DNA of 32,026 bases from Patescibacteria group bacterium (GCA_030156465.1 JASGMO010000001.1:1-32026); one strand, 5' to 3'. Positions 18,884 to 26,771 are shown, counted from the first letter of the stretch. The notes: generated by a model from the sequence alone, not told the origin. Numbers and translations: made by a program.

Positions 18884-19882
18884 ATGAAAAAAAGAATTAC
18901 AATATTAGGCGATGGAGCTTGGGGGACAACCCTAGCAATATTACTTTCTAACAATGGTCACGAAGTTTTAGTTTGGAGTGTTTTTAGCGATCATTTAGAT
19001 GAGTTAGACAAAAAAAGAGAGAATAAAAAATACTTAAAGGGAATTAAAATACCTAATAATATTGTTTTTGAAAAAGATCTTAAAAAAGCAATTGAATTTG
19101 GTGATTATATTGTCTTTGCTATCCCTTCTAAATTCTTTAGAAATGTTTGCCAAATGATTAAAAATGAAAATGTTTCTTTAAGAAGAAAAGTTTTTATTAG
19201 CGTTACAAAAGGGCTAGAACAAAAAACATTGAAAAGGATGACAGAGATATTAAAAGAAGAACTTGGTAATGTTAAGGCCTGTGTTTTATCTGGGCCAACA
19301 ATAGCTATTGAAGTTGCTAAAGAATTGCCTGCGCTTGTTGTTATTGCCTCAAAAGATAAAAAAACTGCAAAGGCCATACAAGATATATTCAGTAATGATT
19401 ATTTTAGAGTTTATACCTCAACTGATACGATAGGAGTTGAATTAGGGGGGCCACTAAAAAATATTATTGCAGTTGTTGCTGGGATCTCAGATGGATTAGG
19501 GTTTGGATCAAACGCAAAAGCAGCAATTTTATCAAGAGGAATAGTTGAAATACAAAGATTGGGTCAAAAAATGGGAGCCAAAAGAAAAACCTTTTATGGT
19601 TTAGCTGGATTGGGCGATTTATCAACAACTTGTATCAGTCCTGAGAGTAGAAATAGGACGCTGGGAGAAAGAATTGCCAAGGGAGAAAAACTAGAAAAAA
19701 TTATTGAAACTACGGACAGTATTATTGAAGGAGCAACAACAACAGAAGCAGTCTATGAATTAAGTAAGAAGTATAAAGTAGAGATGCCAATAGTAGAATC
19801 AGTTTATAACATTCTATACAAAAACTTAAAACCAGCCGATGCTCTTAAAAAAATAATGACAAGAGAAAGAAAGCCTGAATAG
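18884..19882 (+). CDS. gpsA: NAD(P)H-dependent glycerol-3-phosphate dehydrogenase
   Basis: GDGAWGT, TKGLE, LSGPT.A.EV, LKNIIA, GLGDL..TC....SRN; start moved to ATG 18884. Confidence 0.96.
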   Translation: MKKRITILGDGAWGTTLAILLSNNGHEVLVWSVFSDHLDELDKKRENKKYLKGIKIPNNIVFEKDLKKAIEFGDYIVFAIPSKFFRNVCQMIKNENVSLRRKVFISVTKGLEQKTLKRMTEILKEELGNVKACVLSGPTIAIEVAKELPALVVIASKDKKTAKAIQDIFSNDYFRVYTSTDTIGVELGGPLKNIIAVVAGISDGLGFGSNAKAAILSRGIVEIQRLGQKMGAKRKTFYGLAGLGDLSTTCISPESRNRTLGERIAKGEKLEKIIETTDSIIEGATTTEAVYELSKKYKVEMPIVESVYNILYKNLKPADALKKIMTRERKPE

Positions 19883-19922
19883 TTATTGAAATTTTATTAC
19901 TTTTATACTAATATAAAAATAT

Positions 19923-20141
19923 ATGGAAAACACAAAAAAAGAATACAAAATAAACAAAGAGAAATGTATCGGCTGTGGTAGTTGTAGTTTGGCTTGTCCA
20001 GAGGGCACAGAGATGGATACAGATGGTAAAGCAAAAGTAATTAGTTCTGCTAAGCTTGAAGAGTGTGGCGGAACAGATGTTTGCTCTTATGGAGCAATAG
20101 AAATTGATAATGGGGAAGAATTAGATGAAGAGGAAGAATAA
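19923..20141 (+). CDS. Ferredoxin (single 4Fe-4S type)
   Basis: CIGCGSCSLACP plus distal VCSYGAI; acidic tail. Confidence 0.9.
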   Translation: MENTKKEYKINKEKCIGCGSCSLACPEGTEMDTDGKAKVISSAKLEECGGTDVCSYGAIEIDNGEELDEEEE

Positions 20142-21162
20142 TAAAAAGAATGATTTATTGAATGACCCAAATGAAAGTTTGGGTCGTTTTAATAATAAGG
20201 TGGCAGTTGCATTGTCAGGCGGAGTTGATTCAGCAGTTTCTGCATTAATTTTGAAGAATAAAGGATTTGATGTGACTGCTATTTTTATGAAATTAAATAA
20301 TCTTACCAAAGAAGAAAAGGCAAGAAAATTAGCCAAAGAAATTGGAATTCCTTTCAAGGTGCTTGATTTAAGAAAGCAATTTAAAGAAAAGATAATTAAT
20401 TATTTTATAGAAGAATATAGATCGGGGAATACTCCTAATCCTTGTGCATTATGTAATAAGGAGATTAAGTTTGGGTTATTTTTAAAAGAAGTTAATGCTG
20501 ATTTTGTAGCCACTGGTCATTATGCAAAAACAAAAGATGGTTATCTTTACAAGGCAAAAGATTTTAAAAAAGATCAATCATATTTTTTATGGAAGCTTAA
20601 TTCTAAAACACTTAAAACAGTTCTTTTTCCATTAAGCAATTTTACAAAAGAGGAAGTTAAAAAAATAGCCAAAGAAAATAATTTGTCTATTGTTGGAGGA
20701 GAGTCACAGGAGGTTTGCTTTATTTCTGAAACAAATAACGAATTTCTTAAAAAATACATTAAAGAGAAAGAAGGTGATATAATAAATAAGAAAGGCGAGG
20801 TGATTGGAAAACACTCTGGAGTTTGGTTTTACACCATTGGTCAAAGACGAGGCATTGGTCTATCGGGCGGTCCTTATTGGGTAATTGATAAAGATGTTAA
20901 AAGAAATAAACTAATTGTATCTTTAAACGAAAAAGATCTATTTTCAAAAGAAGTTTTGTTTAAAAATGCTAATTGGATTAGAAAAGTTGATTTTCCTATT
21001 AAGGTGAAGGCAAAAATTAGATATGGACACAAGGGAGGTTTTGGGGTATTATTAAGTAATAATAAGTTTACTTTTGATAGGCCTCAAAAAGCAATAACTA
21101 GAGGTCAATCAATTGTTTTCTATAATAAATCAGAATTAATAGGAGGAGGAACAATAAAATGA
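20125..21162 (+). CDS. mnmA: tRNA 2-thiouridylase
   Basis: SGGVDS PP-loop, TPNPCALCN, ATGHYA, KDQSYFL, ESQEVCF, TIGQRRG; exact start uncertain. Confidence 0.96.
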   Translation: MKRKNNKKNDLLNDPNESLGRFNNKVAVALSGGVDSAVSALILKNKGFDVTAIFMKLNNLTKEEKARKLAKEIGIPFKVLDLRKQFKEKIINYFIEEYRSGNTPNPCALCNKEIKFGLFLKEVNADFVATGHYAKTKDGYLYKAKDFKKDQSYFLWKLNSKTLKTVLFPLSNFTKEEVKKIAKENNLSIVGGESQEVCFISETNNEFLKKYIKEKEGDIINKKGEVIGKHSGVWFYTIGQRRGIGLSGGPYWVIDKDVKRNKLIVSLNEKDLFSKEVLFKNANWIRKVDFPIKVKAKIRYGHKGGFGVLLSNNKFTFDRPQKAITRGQSIVFYNKSELIGGGTIK

Positions 21163-22295
21163 TATATTTTGATTACGCAGCGACAACACCAGTAGATAAA
21201 AGGGTCATAAAATCAATGATTCCATTTTTGAATGAAAAATTTGGCAACCCTTCTTCAATGCATTCTTTTAGTTCTGATACAAAAAAAGCATTAGAAAAAA
21301 GCAGATCTATTATTGCTAAAGCCATTAAAGCTAATCCAGAAGAAATAGTTTTTACAAGTTCAGCGACAGAAAGTAATAATATGGCATTAAAAGGAATTGC
21401 TTTTGCAAAAAAGAGTGGCCATATTTTAGTTTCTTCAATAGAACATGATTGTGTTTTAAATGCTGCAAAGTGGCTAGGCAAAAATGGTTTTGAAGTAGAG
21501 TTTTTACCGGTAGATAAATATGGCATAGTTGATCCCAAAGAAGTTGAAAAAAGAATTAAAAAAAATACAATACTTGTTTCAGTAATGCATGTAAACAATG
21601 AAGTTGGAACCATTCAGCCAATTGAAGCAATCGGGAAGATTTGTAAAAAGAATAACATATATTTTCACAGCGATGCAGCTCAGAGCTTTAGCAAGACGCC
21701 AATTAATATTACTAATATTGACTTATTAACCATATCTTCACAAAAAATATATGGACCAAAGGGAGCAGCGGCATTGTTTATTAAAGATGGAGTTAAAATA
21801 GAGCCATTACTTCACGGTGGAGGTCAAGAAAGAGGGCTGAGGTCATCAACAGAAAATGTTCCAGCAATAGTTGGTTTTGCTAAAGCAACAGAAATAGCAA
21901 TTTCAACGATGGACAAAGAACAAGAGAGATTGACTAAATTAAGGGATAAGATTATAGAAAAGTTAACTAAGGAGGTTCCTAATTGTTATTTAAATGGTCA
22001 CAAAACAAAAAGGATTTCTAATAATATAAATGTAAGATTTTCTCATATTGAGGGCGAGGCAATTCTTTTTATGCTTAATTCATATGGTATTGCTGTTTCA
22101 ACTGCATCGGCATGTTCTTCTCCCAAGTTAGAACCATCGCATGTTTTGTCAGCAATGGGGTTAAAGCAAGAAGAAGCTCATGGATCAATTAGAATTAGCT
22201 TAGGTAGAATGACAAAAGAGAGCGAAGTCAATTATTTATTAAAAGTATTGCCAGAAGTAGTTAAAAAATTAAGAGATATTTCACCACACAAATGA
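21159..22295 (+). CDS. iscS: Cysteine desulfurase (IscS/NifS type)
   Basis: DYAATTP, GNPSS.H, SSQKIYGPKG, GGGQE, STASACSS. Confidence 0.95.
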   Translation: MIYFDYAATTPVDKRVIKSMIPFLNEKFGNPSSMHSFSSDTKKALEKSRSIIAKAIKANPEEIVFTSSATESNNMALKGIAFAKKSGHILVSSIEHDCVLNAAKWLGKNGFEVEFLPVDKYGIVDPKEVEKRIKKNTILVSVMHVNNEVGTIQPIEAIGKICKKNNIYFHSDAAQSFSKTPINITNIDLLTISSQKIYGPKGAAALFIKDGVKIEPLLHGGGQERGLRSSTENVPAIVGFAKATEIAISTMDKEQERLTKLRDKIIEKLTKEVPNCYLNGHKTKRISNNINVRFSHIEGEAILFMLNSYGIAVSTASACSSPKLEPSHVLSAMGLKQEEAHGSIRISLGRMTKESEVNYLLKVLPEVVKKLRDISPHK

Positions 22296-22729
22296 ACTAT
22301 TCAAAAGAAGTATTAAAACATTTTTCAAAGCCACATAATTATGGAAAAATTGATAATTATGATGGGCTAGGCAGAGTTGGCAACATGGCATGCGGAGACG
22401 AAATGTTTGTTTATATTAAAGTAAAGGATAATATAATTAAAGACATTAAATTTGAGACCTTTGGTTGTGTCGCCGCTATTGCAACAAGCAGTGTTTTAAC
22501 TGATCTAGCAAAAAAGAAAACTATTGAGGATGCGCTTAAAATAACAAGACAAGACGTAGTTGATGCTTTAGAGACATTGCCTCCAATTAAAATACATTGT
22601 TCAGTTTTAGCAATTGATGCTCTAAGCGAGGCCGTGTATAATTATTATACAAAAAACAAATTACCTATTTCAAAAGAATTAGAAGAAAAGCATAATCAAA
22701 TCATTAAAAGAGAAAGTTGTCACTTATGA
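22292..22729 (+). CDS. iscU: Fe-S cluster scaffold (IscU/NifU N-terminal type)
   Basis: HF..PHN.G, GNMACGD, FGCVAAIA, LPPIKIHCS. Confidence 0.95.
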   Translation: MNYSKEVLKHFSKPHNYGKIDNYDGLGRVGNMACGDEMFVYIKVKDNIIKDIKFETFGCVAAIATSSVLTDLAKKKTIEDALKITRQDVVDALETLPPIKIHCSVLAIDALSEAVYNYYTKNKLPISKELEEKHNQIIKRESCHL

Positions 22730-22920
22730 AAATAAATAGAAAAACAAAATTAAAGAATATAATAGATAATGAAAAATCAAGAAGTATTTTAGAGGAATTT
22801 GGTTTCCCTTGTCTTTTTTGTCCTCATATGAAATCAGAAATTGAAACATTGGAGATTGGTTATGTTTGTGATAATTACGGAATTGACGATAAAGAATTGA
22901 TTAAGAAGTTAAATGAGTAA
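22726..22920 (+). CDS. DUF1858-like small Cys-containing protein
   Basis: IL..FGFPCLFCP...ETL......YGID..ELI..LN; ATGA overlap with iscU stop gives start 22726. Confidence 0.75.
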   Translation: MKINRKTKLKNIIDNEKSRSILEEFGFPCLFCPHMKSEIETLEIGYVCDNYGIDDKELIKKLNE

Positions 22921-23758
22921 GAAGATTATACTCTTTTTATTGCTTTTAAACATTATAACATTTTCTGTTGTTTATAGTTTATCATCTGTTGGCGACCTTC
23001 AGGTGATTTTTTTTGATGTTGGTCAGGGGGATTCAATATTTATAGAAACACCACAAAAACATCAGATAATAATTGATAGTGGGCCGGGGGACAAAACCTT
23101 ACTTCAAAAAGTTAGTTCAGTTATGCCCCATTGGGACAAGAATATTGATTTAATTGTTTTAACTCATACTGATAATGATCACATATCAGGATTTTTTGAA
23201 TTATTAGATAATTATGTTGTTGAAAATATATTATGGTCAGGCGTTGGTAGCACTAGTTCAAGAAGTGAAAAGTGGGAAGAAATGATTAATTTAGAGGGGG
23301 CTAATATAATTTATTCTAATGATATAGACAAAATAATTTTAGGCAATGTAGTGATGGATATAATTTCTCCTAATGATTATATTATTGAAAAATATTCAAA
23401 GAATGCTAACGATATTTCTGTTGTTTCAAAGATAGAATATAAAGATAGCTCTTTTCTTTTTACGGGAGACATTACAAGCAAAGTGGAAAAAGAAATGATA
23501 GGTGAAGATATTTTTACTGATGTTTTGAAAGTTGCTCATCATGGATCTAAATATTCAACATGTGATGATTTTCTTAGTAAAGTTAATCCATTAATTGCTG
23601 TTATTCAAGTTGGAAAGAATTCCTATGGTCATCCGACAAATGATGTTTTGACACGGTTGTCTAATTTTGGTATTAAAGTACTAAGAAATGATATTAATGG
23701 AGACATTAAAATATCAACAGATGGTAATAATTATAAGATAATAACTAATAAAAAATAA
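22913..23758 (+). CDS. Stand-alone ComEC/Rec2-type metallo-beta-lactamase domain protein
   Basis: N-terminal TM, FDVGQGDS, THTDNDHISG, LFTGD, LKVAHHGS, NSYGHP. Confidence 0.9.
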   Translation: MSKKIILFLLLLNIITFSVVYSLSSVGDLQVIFFDVGQGDSIFIETPQKHQIIIDSGPGDKTLLQKVSSVMPHWDKNIDLIVLTHTDNDHISGFFELLDNYVVENILWSGVGSTSSRSEKWEEMINLEGANIIYSNDIDKIILGNVVMDIISPNDYIIEKYSKNANDISVVSKIEYKDSSFLFTGDITSKVEKEMIGEDIFTDVLKVAHHGSKYSTCDDFLSKVNPLIAVIQVGKNSYGHPTNDVLTRLSNFGIKVLRNDINGDIKISTDGNNYKIITNKK

Positions 23759-23759
23759 T

Positions 23760-24812
23760 ATGGATTTTCCAATAGAAAAAACAAAAATGGGTGATGATAG
23801 AAAGTTTAATTTAGCGGACCCAAAGGAAAGAGAAGAATATTTTAAATTGAAATGTGGAGTTGAGATTGAAAAATTAAGAGAGCATTTAAATAATGGTCAT
23901 ACTTTTATTGCTTACTTGCTTGGTAAGAAAAACTCAGGAAAAGGAACTTATTCTAAAATGTTTTCTGAAGTGATTGGGGGAGATAAAATTGAACATTTGT
24001 CAGTTGGAGATATGGTGAGAGCAATTGATGAAGAAATGCAGGACCCTCAAAAAAAAGCAGAATTAGTTGAGTTTCTAGAAAAAAACTATAGAGGATTTTA
24101 TCCCTTAGAAGATATTATTAAGAGCTTGGAAAATAGAGATACGAAAAGCTTATTGCCCGATGAAATTATTTTAGTTTTAGTTAAAAGAGAAATTACAAAA
24201 AGAAAAGGCAAGGTGATATTACTTGATGGTTTTCCAAGAAACTTAGATCAAGTTAGTTTTTCATTATTCTTTAGAGATCTAGTTGATTACAGAGACGATC
24301 CAGACGTTTTTGTTTTAATAGATGTGCCAATGAATATTATCAATGAAAGAATTAAATGGAGAAGAATTTGTCCAAAATGTAATGCTTCAAGAAGCTTAAG
24401 ATTATTGCCAACATCAAAGATTGGTCAAGATGAAGACGGCTATTATTTAATTTGTGATGAAGCAAGCTGTGATGGAGGTAAAATGGTGATGAAAGAAGGA
24501 GATGAGAAGGGGATTGAACCAATCAAAGAAAGGTTATTAATGGATGAAGAAATATTAAAAAAAGCATACTCTTTGTATGGCGTTCCAAAAGTATTATTAA
24601 GGAATGCAATTCCCGCTGATGTTGCTCGTGATTATGTTGATGAGTATGAAATGACTCCAGGATATTCTTTTGAAACAGTTGATGGAGAAATTAAAACTAT
24701 TGAAGAGCCATGGATTGTTGCAGACGATGATGGTGTTCAATGTGTAAGCTTGCAAGCTGCTCCAGTAGTGGTTTCTATGATAAAACAACTCGTTGAAGTT
24801 TTTAAGATTTAA
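23760..24812 (+). CDS. Extended adenylate-kinase-like protein
   Basis: GKKNSGKGT P-loop, HLSVGDMVR, LDGFPRNLDQ, RRICPKC lid. Confidence 0.85.
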   Translation: MDFPIEKTKMGDDRKFNLADPKEREEYFKLKCGVEIEKLREHLNNGHTFIAYLLGKKNSGKGTYSKMFSEVIGGDKIEHLSVGDMVRAIDEEMQDPQKKAELVEFLEKNYRGFYPLEDIIKSLENRDTKSLLPDEIILVLVKREITKRKGKVILLDGFPRNLDQVSFSLFFRDLVDYRDDPDVFVLIDVPMNIINERIKWRRICPKCNASRSLRLLPTSKIGQDEDGYYLICDEASCDGGKMVMKEGDEKGIEPIKERLLMDEEILKKAYSLYGVPKVLLRNAIPADVARDYVDEYEMTPGYSFETVDGEIKTIEEPWIVADDDGVQCVSLQAAPVVVSMIKQLVEVFKI

Positions 24813-24821
24813 TGCTACAAT
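24793..24821 (+). promoter_or_regulatory. Sigma70 promoter of the ncRNA
   Basis: TTGAAG-17 nt-TACAAT with extended TG. Confidence 0.8.
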
Positions 24822-24826
24822 AAGCT

Positions 24827-24940
24827 TGGTCCTATCAAATAAATTCCGAACACCTTTTCAATTGGGAGCTTTAATATTTGATTGCCGTGGTAATTAAATG
24901 AGGCACCCACGTGGATCTTTCGGATTCACAGATAGGACCA
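24827..24940 (+). ncRNA. ssrS: 6S RNA, compact
   Basis: Terminal TGGTCCTATC/GATAGGACCA stem; CCGAACAC, TTGGGAGC and GGCACCCAC motifs as in Firmicutes-type 6S RNAs; own promoter and terminator. Confidence 0.85.
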
Positions 24941-24959
24941 CTGCTTCGGCAGTTTTTTT
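24940..24959 (+). terminator. Intrinsic terminator of 6S RNA
   Basis: ACTGC-ttcg-GCAGT followed by T tract. Confidence 0.9.
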
Positions 24960-24963
24960 GTAC

Positions 24964-24986
24964 AAAAAAAACACCAAAAGGTGTTT
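24964..24986 (-). terminator. Intrinsic terminator of rpmB-tRNA transcript
   Basis: AAACACC-aaaa-GGTGTTT hairpin with an A8 run on + (U tract on minus strand). Confidence 0.8.
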
Positions 24987-24990
24987 CTTG

Positions 24991-25061
24991 TCGGGCTGCC
25001 AGGAGTTGAACCTGGGTCTTACGCACCCCATGCGCAAATAATACCATTATACTACAGCCCG
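24991..25061 (-). tRNA. tRNA-Pro(GGG), CCA not encoded
   Basis: Minus strand CGGGCTG...CAGCCCG-A acceptor stem, TGCGC-ATGGGGT-GCGTA anticodon arm, CCAGG-TTCAACT-CCTGG T arm; followed by CAA. Confidence 0.96.
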
Positions 25062-25067
25062 AGTATA

Positions 25068-25286
25068 TTAGTTTTTATCTAATGATTTAATACACTTTGT
25101 GCAAGCTAAAATCTTCTTGCCAGCAAAGTTATTAAATTTCTTGTTGCTTGGAGTGGCAGGTACAGTAACTTTTTGTAGATTAGGGTACTTTCTTTTCTTT
25201 GGTGAAGGATCATACTTAGAGATTAACTTATAGTAACTTCCTCCCATTGAAGAAGATTTTCCACATATTTGACATTTCTTTTCCAT
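25068..25286 (-). CDS. rpmB: 50S ribosomal protein L28 (zinc-binding form)
   Basis: MEKKCQICGK...KRKYPNLQ...ACTKCIKS; start moved to ATG 25286. Confidence 0.92.
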   Translation of the reverse strand: MEKKCQICGKSSSMGGSYYKLISKYDPSPKKRKYPNLQKVTVPATPSNKKFNNFAGKKILACTKCIKSLDKN

Positions 25287-25294
25287 ATGCAAGT

Positions 25295-25338
25295 AGATTA
25301 TCAAAAAAGTTGAATAATTGCAAGTATTTTGTTAGTAT
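25295..25338. promoter_or_regulatory. Overlapping divergent promoters for rpmB (-) and M50 protease (+)
   Basis: Minus: TTGCAA(25323-18)-17 nt-TAATCT(25300-295); plus: TTGAAT(25310-15)-17 nt-TAGTAT(25333-38); both have extended TG. Confidence 0.7.
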
Positions 25339-25344
25339 CAACTT

Positions 25345-25959
25345 ATGGAAATAATAATAGTTTCATTAATAGTACTTTTATTCTCAATAGTTATTCACGA
25401 GGTCGCTCATGGTAGCGTCGCTTATTCTTTGGGTGACTCCACAGCAAAAGACGCCGGAAGATTGACTCTAAATCCAATTAGCCATCTAGATCCAATCGGA
25501 TCAGTAATGCTTCCTGCCTTCTTAATTTTTCTAGGTGGTCCAGTTATCGGTTGGGCAAAGCCAGTACCTATCAACCCTTACAATTTTAATGATCCTAAAT
25601 GGGGCGATTTAAAAGTTTCAATTGCTGGGCCGTTAGCTAATTTCTTTTTAGCTTTAGTTTTCGGATTATTAGTAATGTTTGTTAGTTTACCAGAAAGCTT
25701 TTTAGTAGTTTCATTATTAGTAATATTCTATAATGTTGCTCTAGGTCTTTTTAATTTAATTCCGATTCCTCCCTTAGATGGTTCTCATATATTATTTAGC
25801 TTCTTAGGAGAAAAAGGTTTTGGAATCAGAAGATTTTTAGAGCAGTATGGTTTTTTCTTATTATTACTTCTAATCTTTATAGTTCCCGGTGGAATAAGTT
25901 GGTTATTTAATTTAGCAAATCAAGTAGTTTATTTCTTTGCAGGTCAATTATTATTTTAA
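25345..25959 (+). CDS. Site-2 protease (M50 family)
   Basis: HEVAH, GRLTLNP..H.D, AGP..N, NLIPIPPLDG. Confidence 0.96.
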   Translation: MEIIIVSLIVLLFSIVIHEVAHGSVAYSLGDSTAKDAGRLTLNPISHLDPIGSVMLPAFLIFLGGPVIGWAKPVPINPYNFNDPKWGDLKVSIAGPLANFFLALVFGLLVMFVSLPESFLVVSLLVIFYNVALGLFNLIPIPPLDGSHILFSFLGEKGFGIRRFLEQYGFFLLLLLIFIVPGGISWLFNLANQVVYFFAGQLLF

Positions 25960-25971
25960 TAAAATAAAAAT

Positions 25972-26694
25972 ATGAAAATAGAAAACAAAATCGCAATTGT
26001 TACAGGTGGAGGTTCAGGAATAGGTAAAGCTATTGCGGAGAGATTTATTAAAGAAGGTGCTAAGGTAGTATTTTCTGATATAAATGAAATAGATGTTTCT
26101 CAATTTGGAGACAAGGCATTATTTAAAAAATGTGATGTCTCTAAATCAAACGAAGTAGATGAATTAATTAATTTTTGTTTAGAGAAATTTGGGAATCTAG
26201 ATATTATGGTTAATAATGCTGGAATTGGAACGGCGGCAGATATTACCGCTATAACTGATGAAGAGTGGCAAAAAGTTATTAATATTAATTTATCAGGAGT
26301 ACTTTATGGAGCAAGAGCTGCTTCAAGAGTGATGAAAGAAGGTGGATCAATTATTAATATGAGTTCAATTTTAGGATCAGTTGGTTTTGCTAACACAGTT
26401 GCCTATTGTGCCGCCAAAGGTGGAGTTAATCAAATTACAAAAGCAGGTGCACTTGATTTGTCTAAGAAGGGAATTAGAATTAATTCTATTGCTCCTGGGT
26501 TTATCAAAACGAATATGACTAAAGGACTTCAGGAAGATGAAACAACAAAAAAGTTCCTTGAAGGAATGACTCCTTTAGGATACCTAGGTGAGCCAGAGGA
26601 TATTGCTAGCGCAACGGTATATTTAGCTTCAGATGATTCAAAATATGTAACTGGAAATATTTTGTATGTTGATGGAGGATGGACAGCTCAGTAG
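25972..26694 (+). CDS. Short-chain dehydrogenase/reductase
   Basis: TGGGSGIG, NNAG, YCAAK, VDGGW. Confidence 0.95.
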   Translation: MKIENKIAIVTGGGSGIGKAIAERFIKEGAKVVFSDINEIDVSQFGDKALFKKCDVSKSNEVDELINFCLEKFGNLDIMVNNAGIGTAADITAITDEEWQKVININLSGVLYGARAASRVMKEGGSIINMSSILGSVGFANTVAYCAAKGGVNQITKAGALDLSKKGIRINSIAPGFIKTNMTKGLQEDETTKKFLEGMTPLGYLGEPEDIASATVYLASDDSKYVTGNILYVDGGWTAQ

Positions 26695-26697
26695 TAT

Positions 26698-26726
26698 TTG
26701 ACAATTAAGATATTATTTGGTAGTTT
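26698..26726 (+). promoter_or_regulatory. str operon promoter
   Basis: TTGACA-17 nt-TAGTTT with extended TG. Confidence 0.7.
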
Positions 26727-26771
26727 AATCACAAGCGAATTTTCGCTTGCGATTTATTTTAGAATTGAAAT

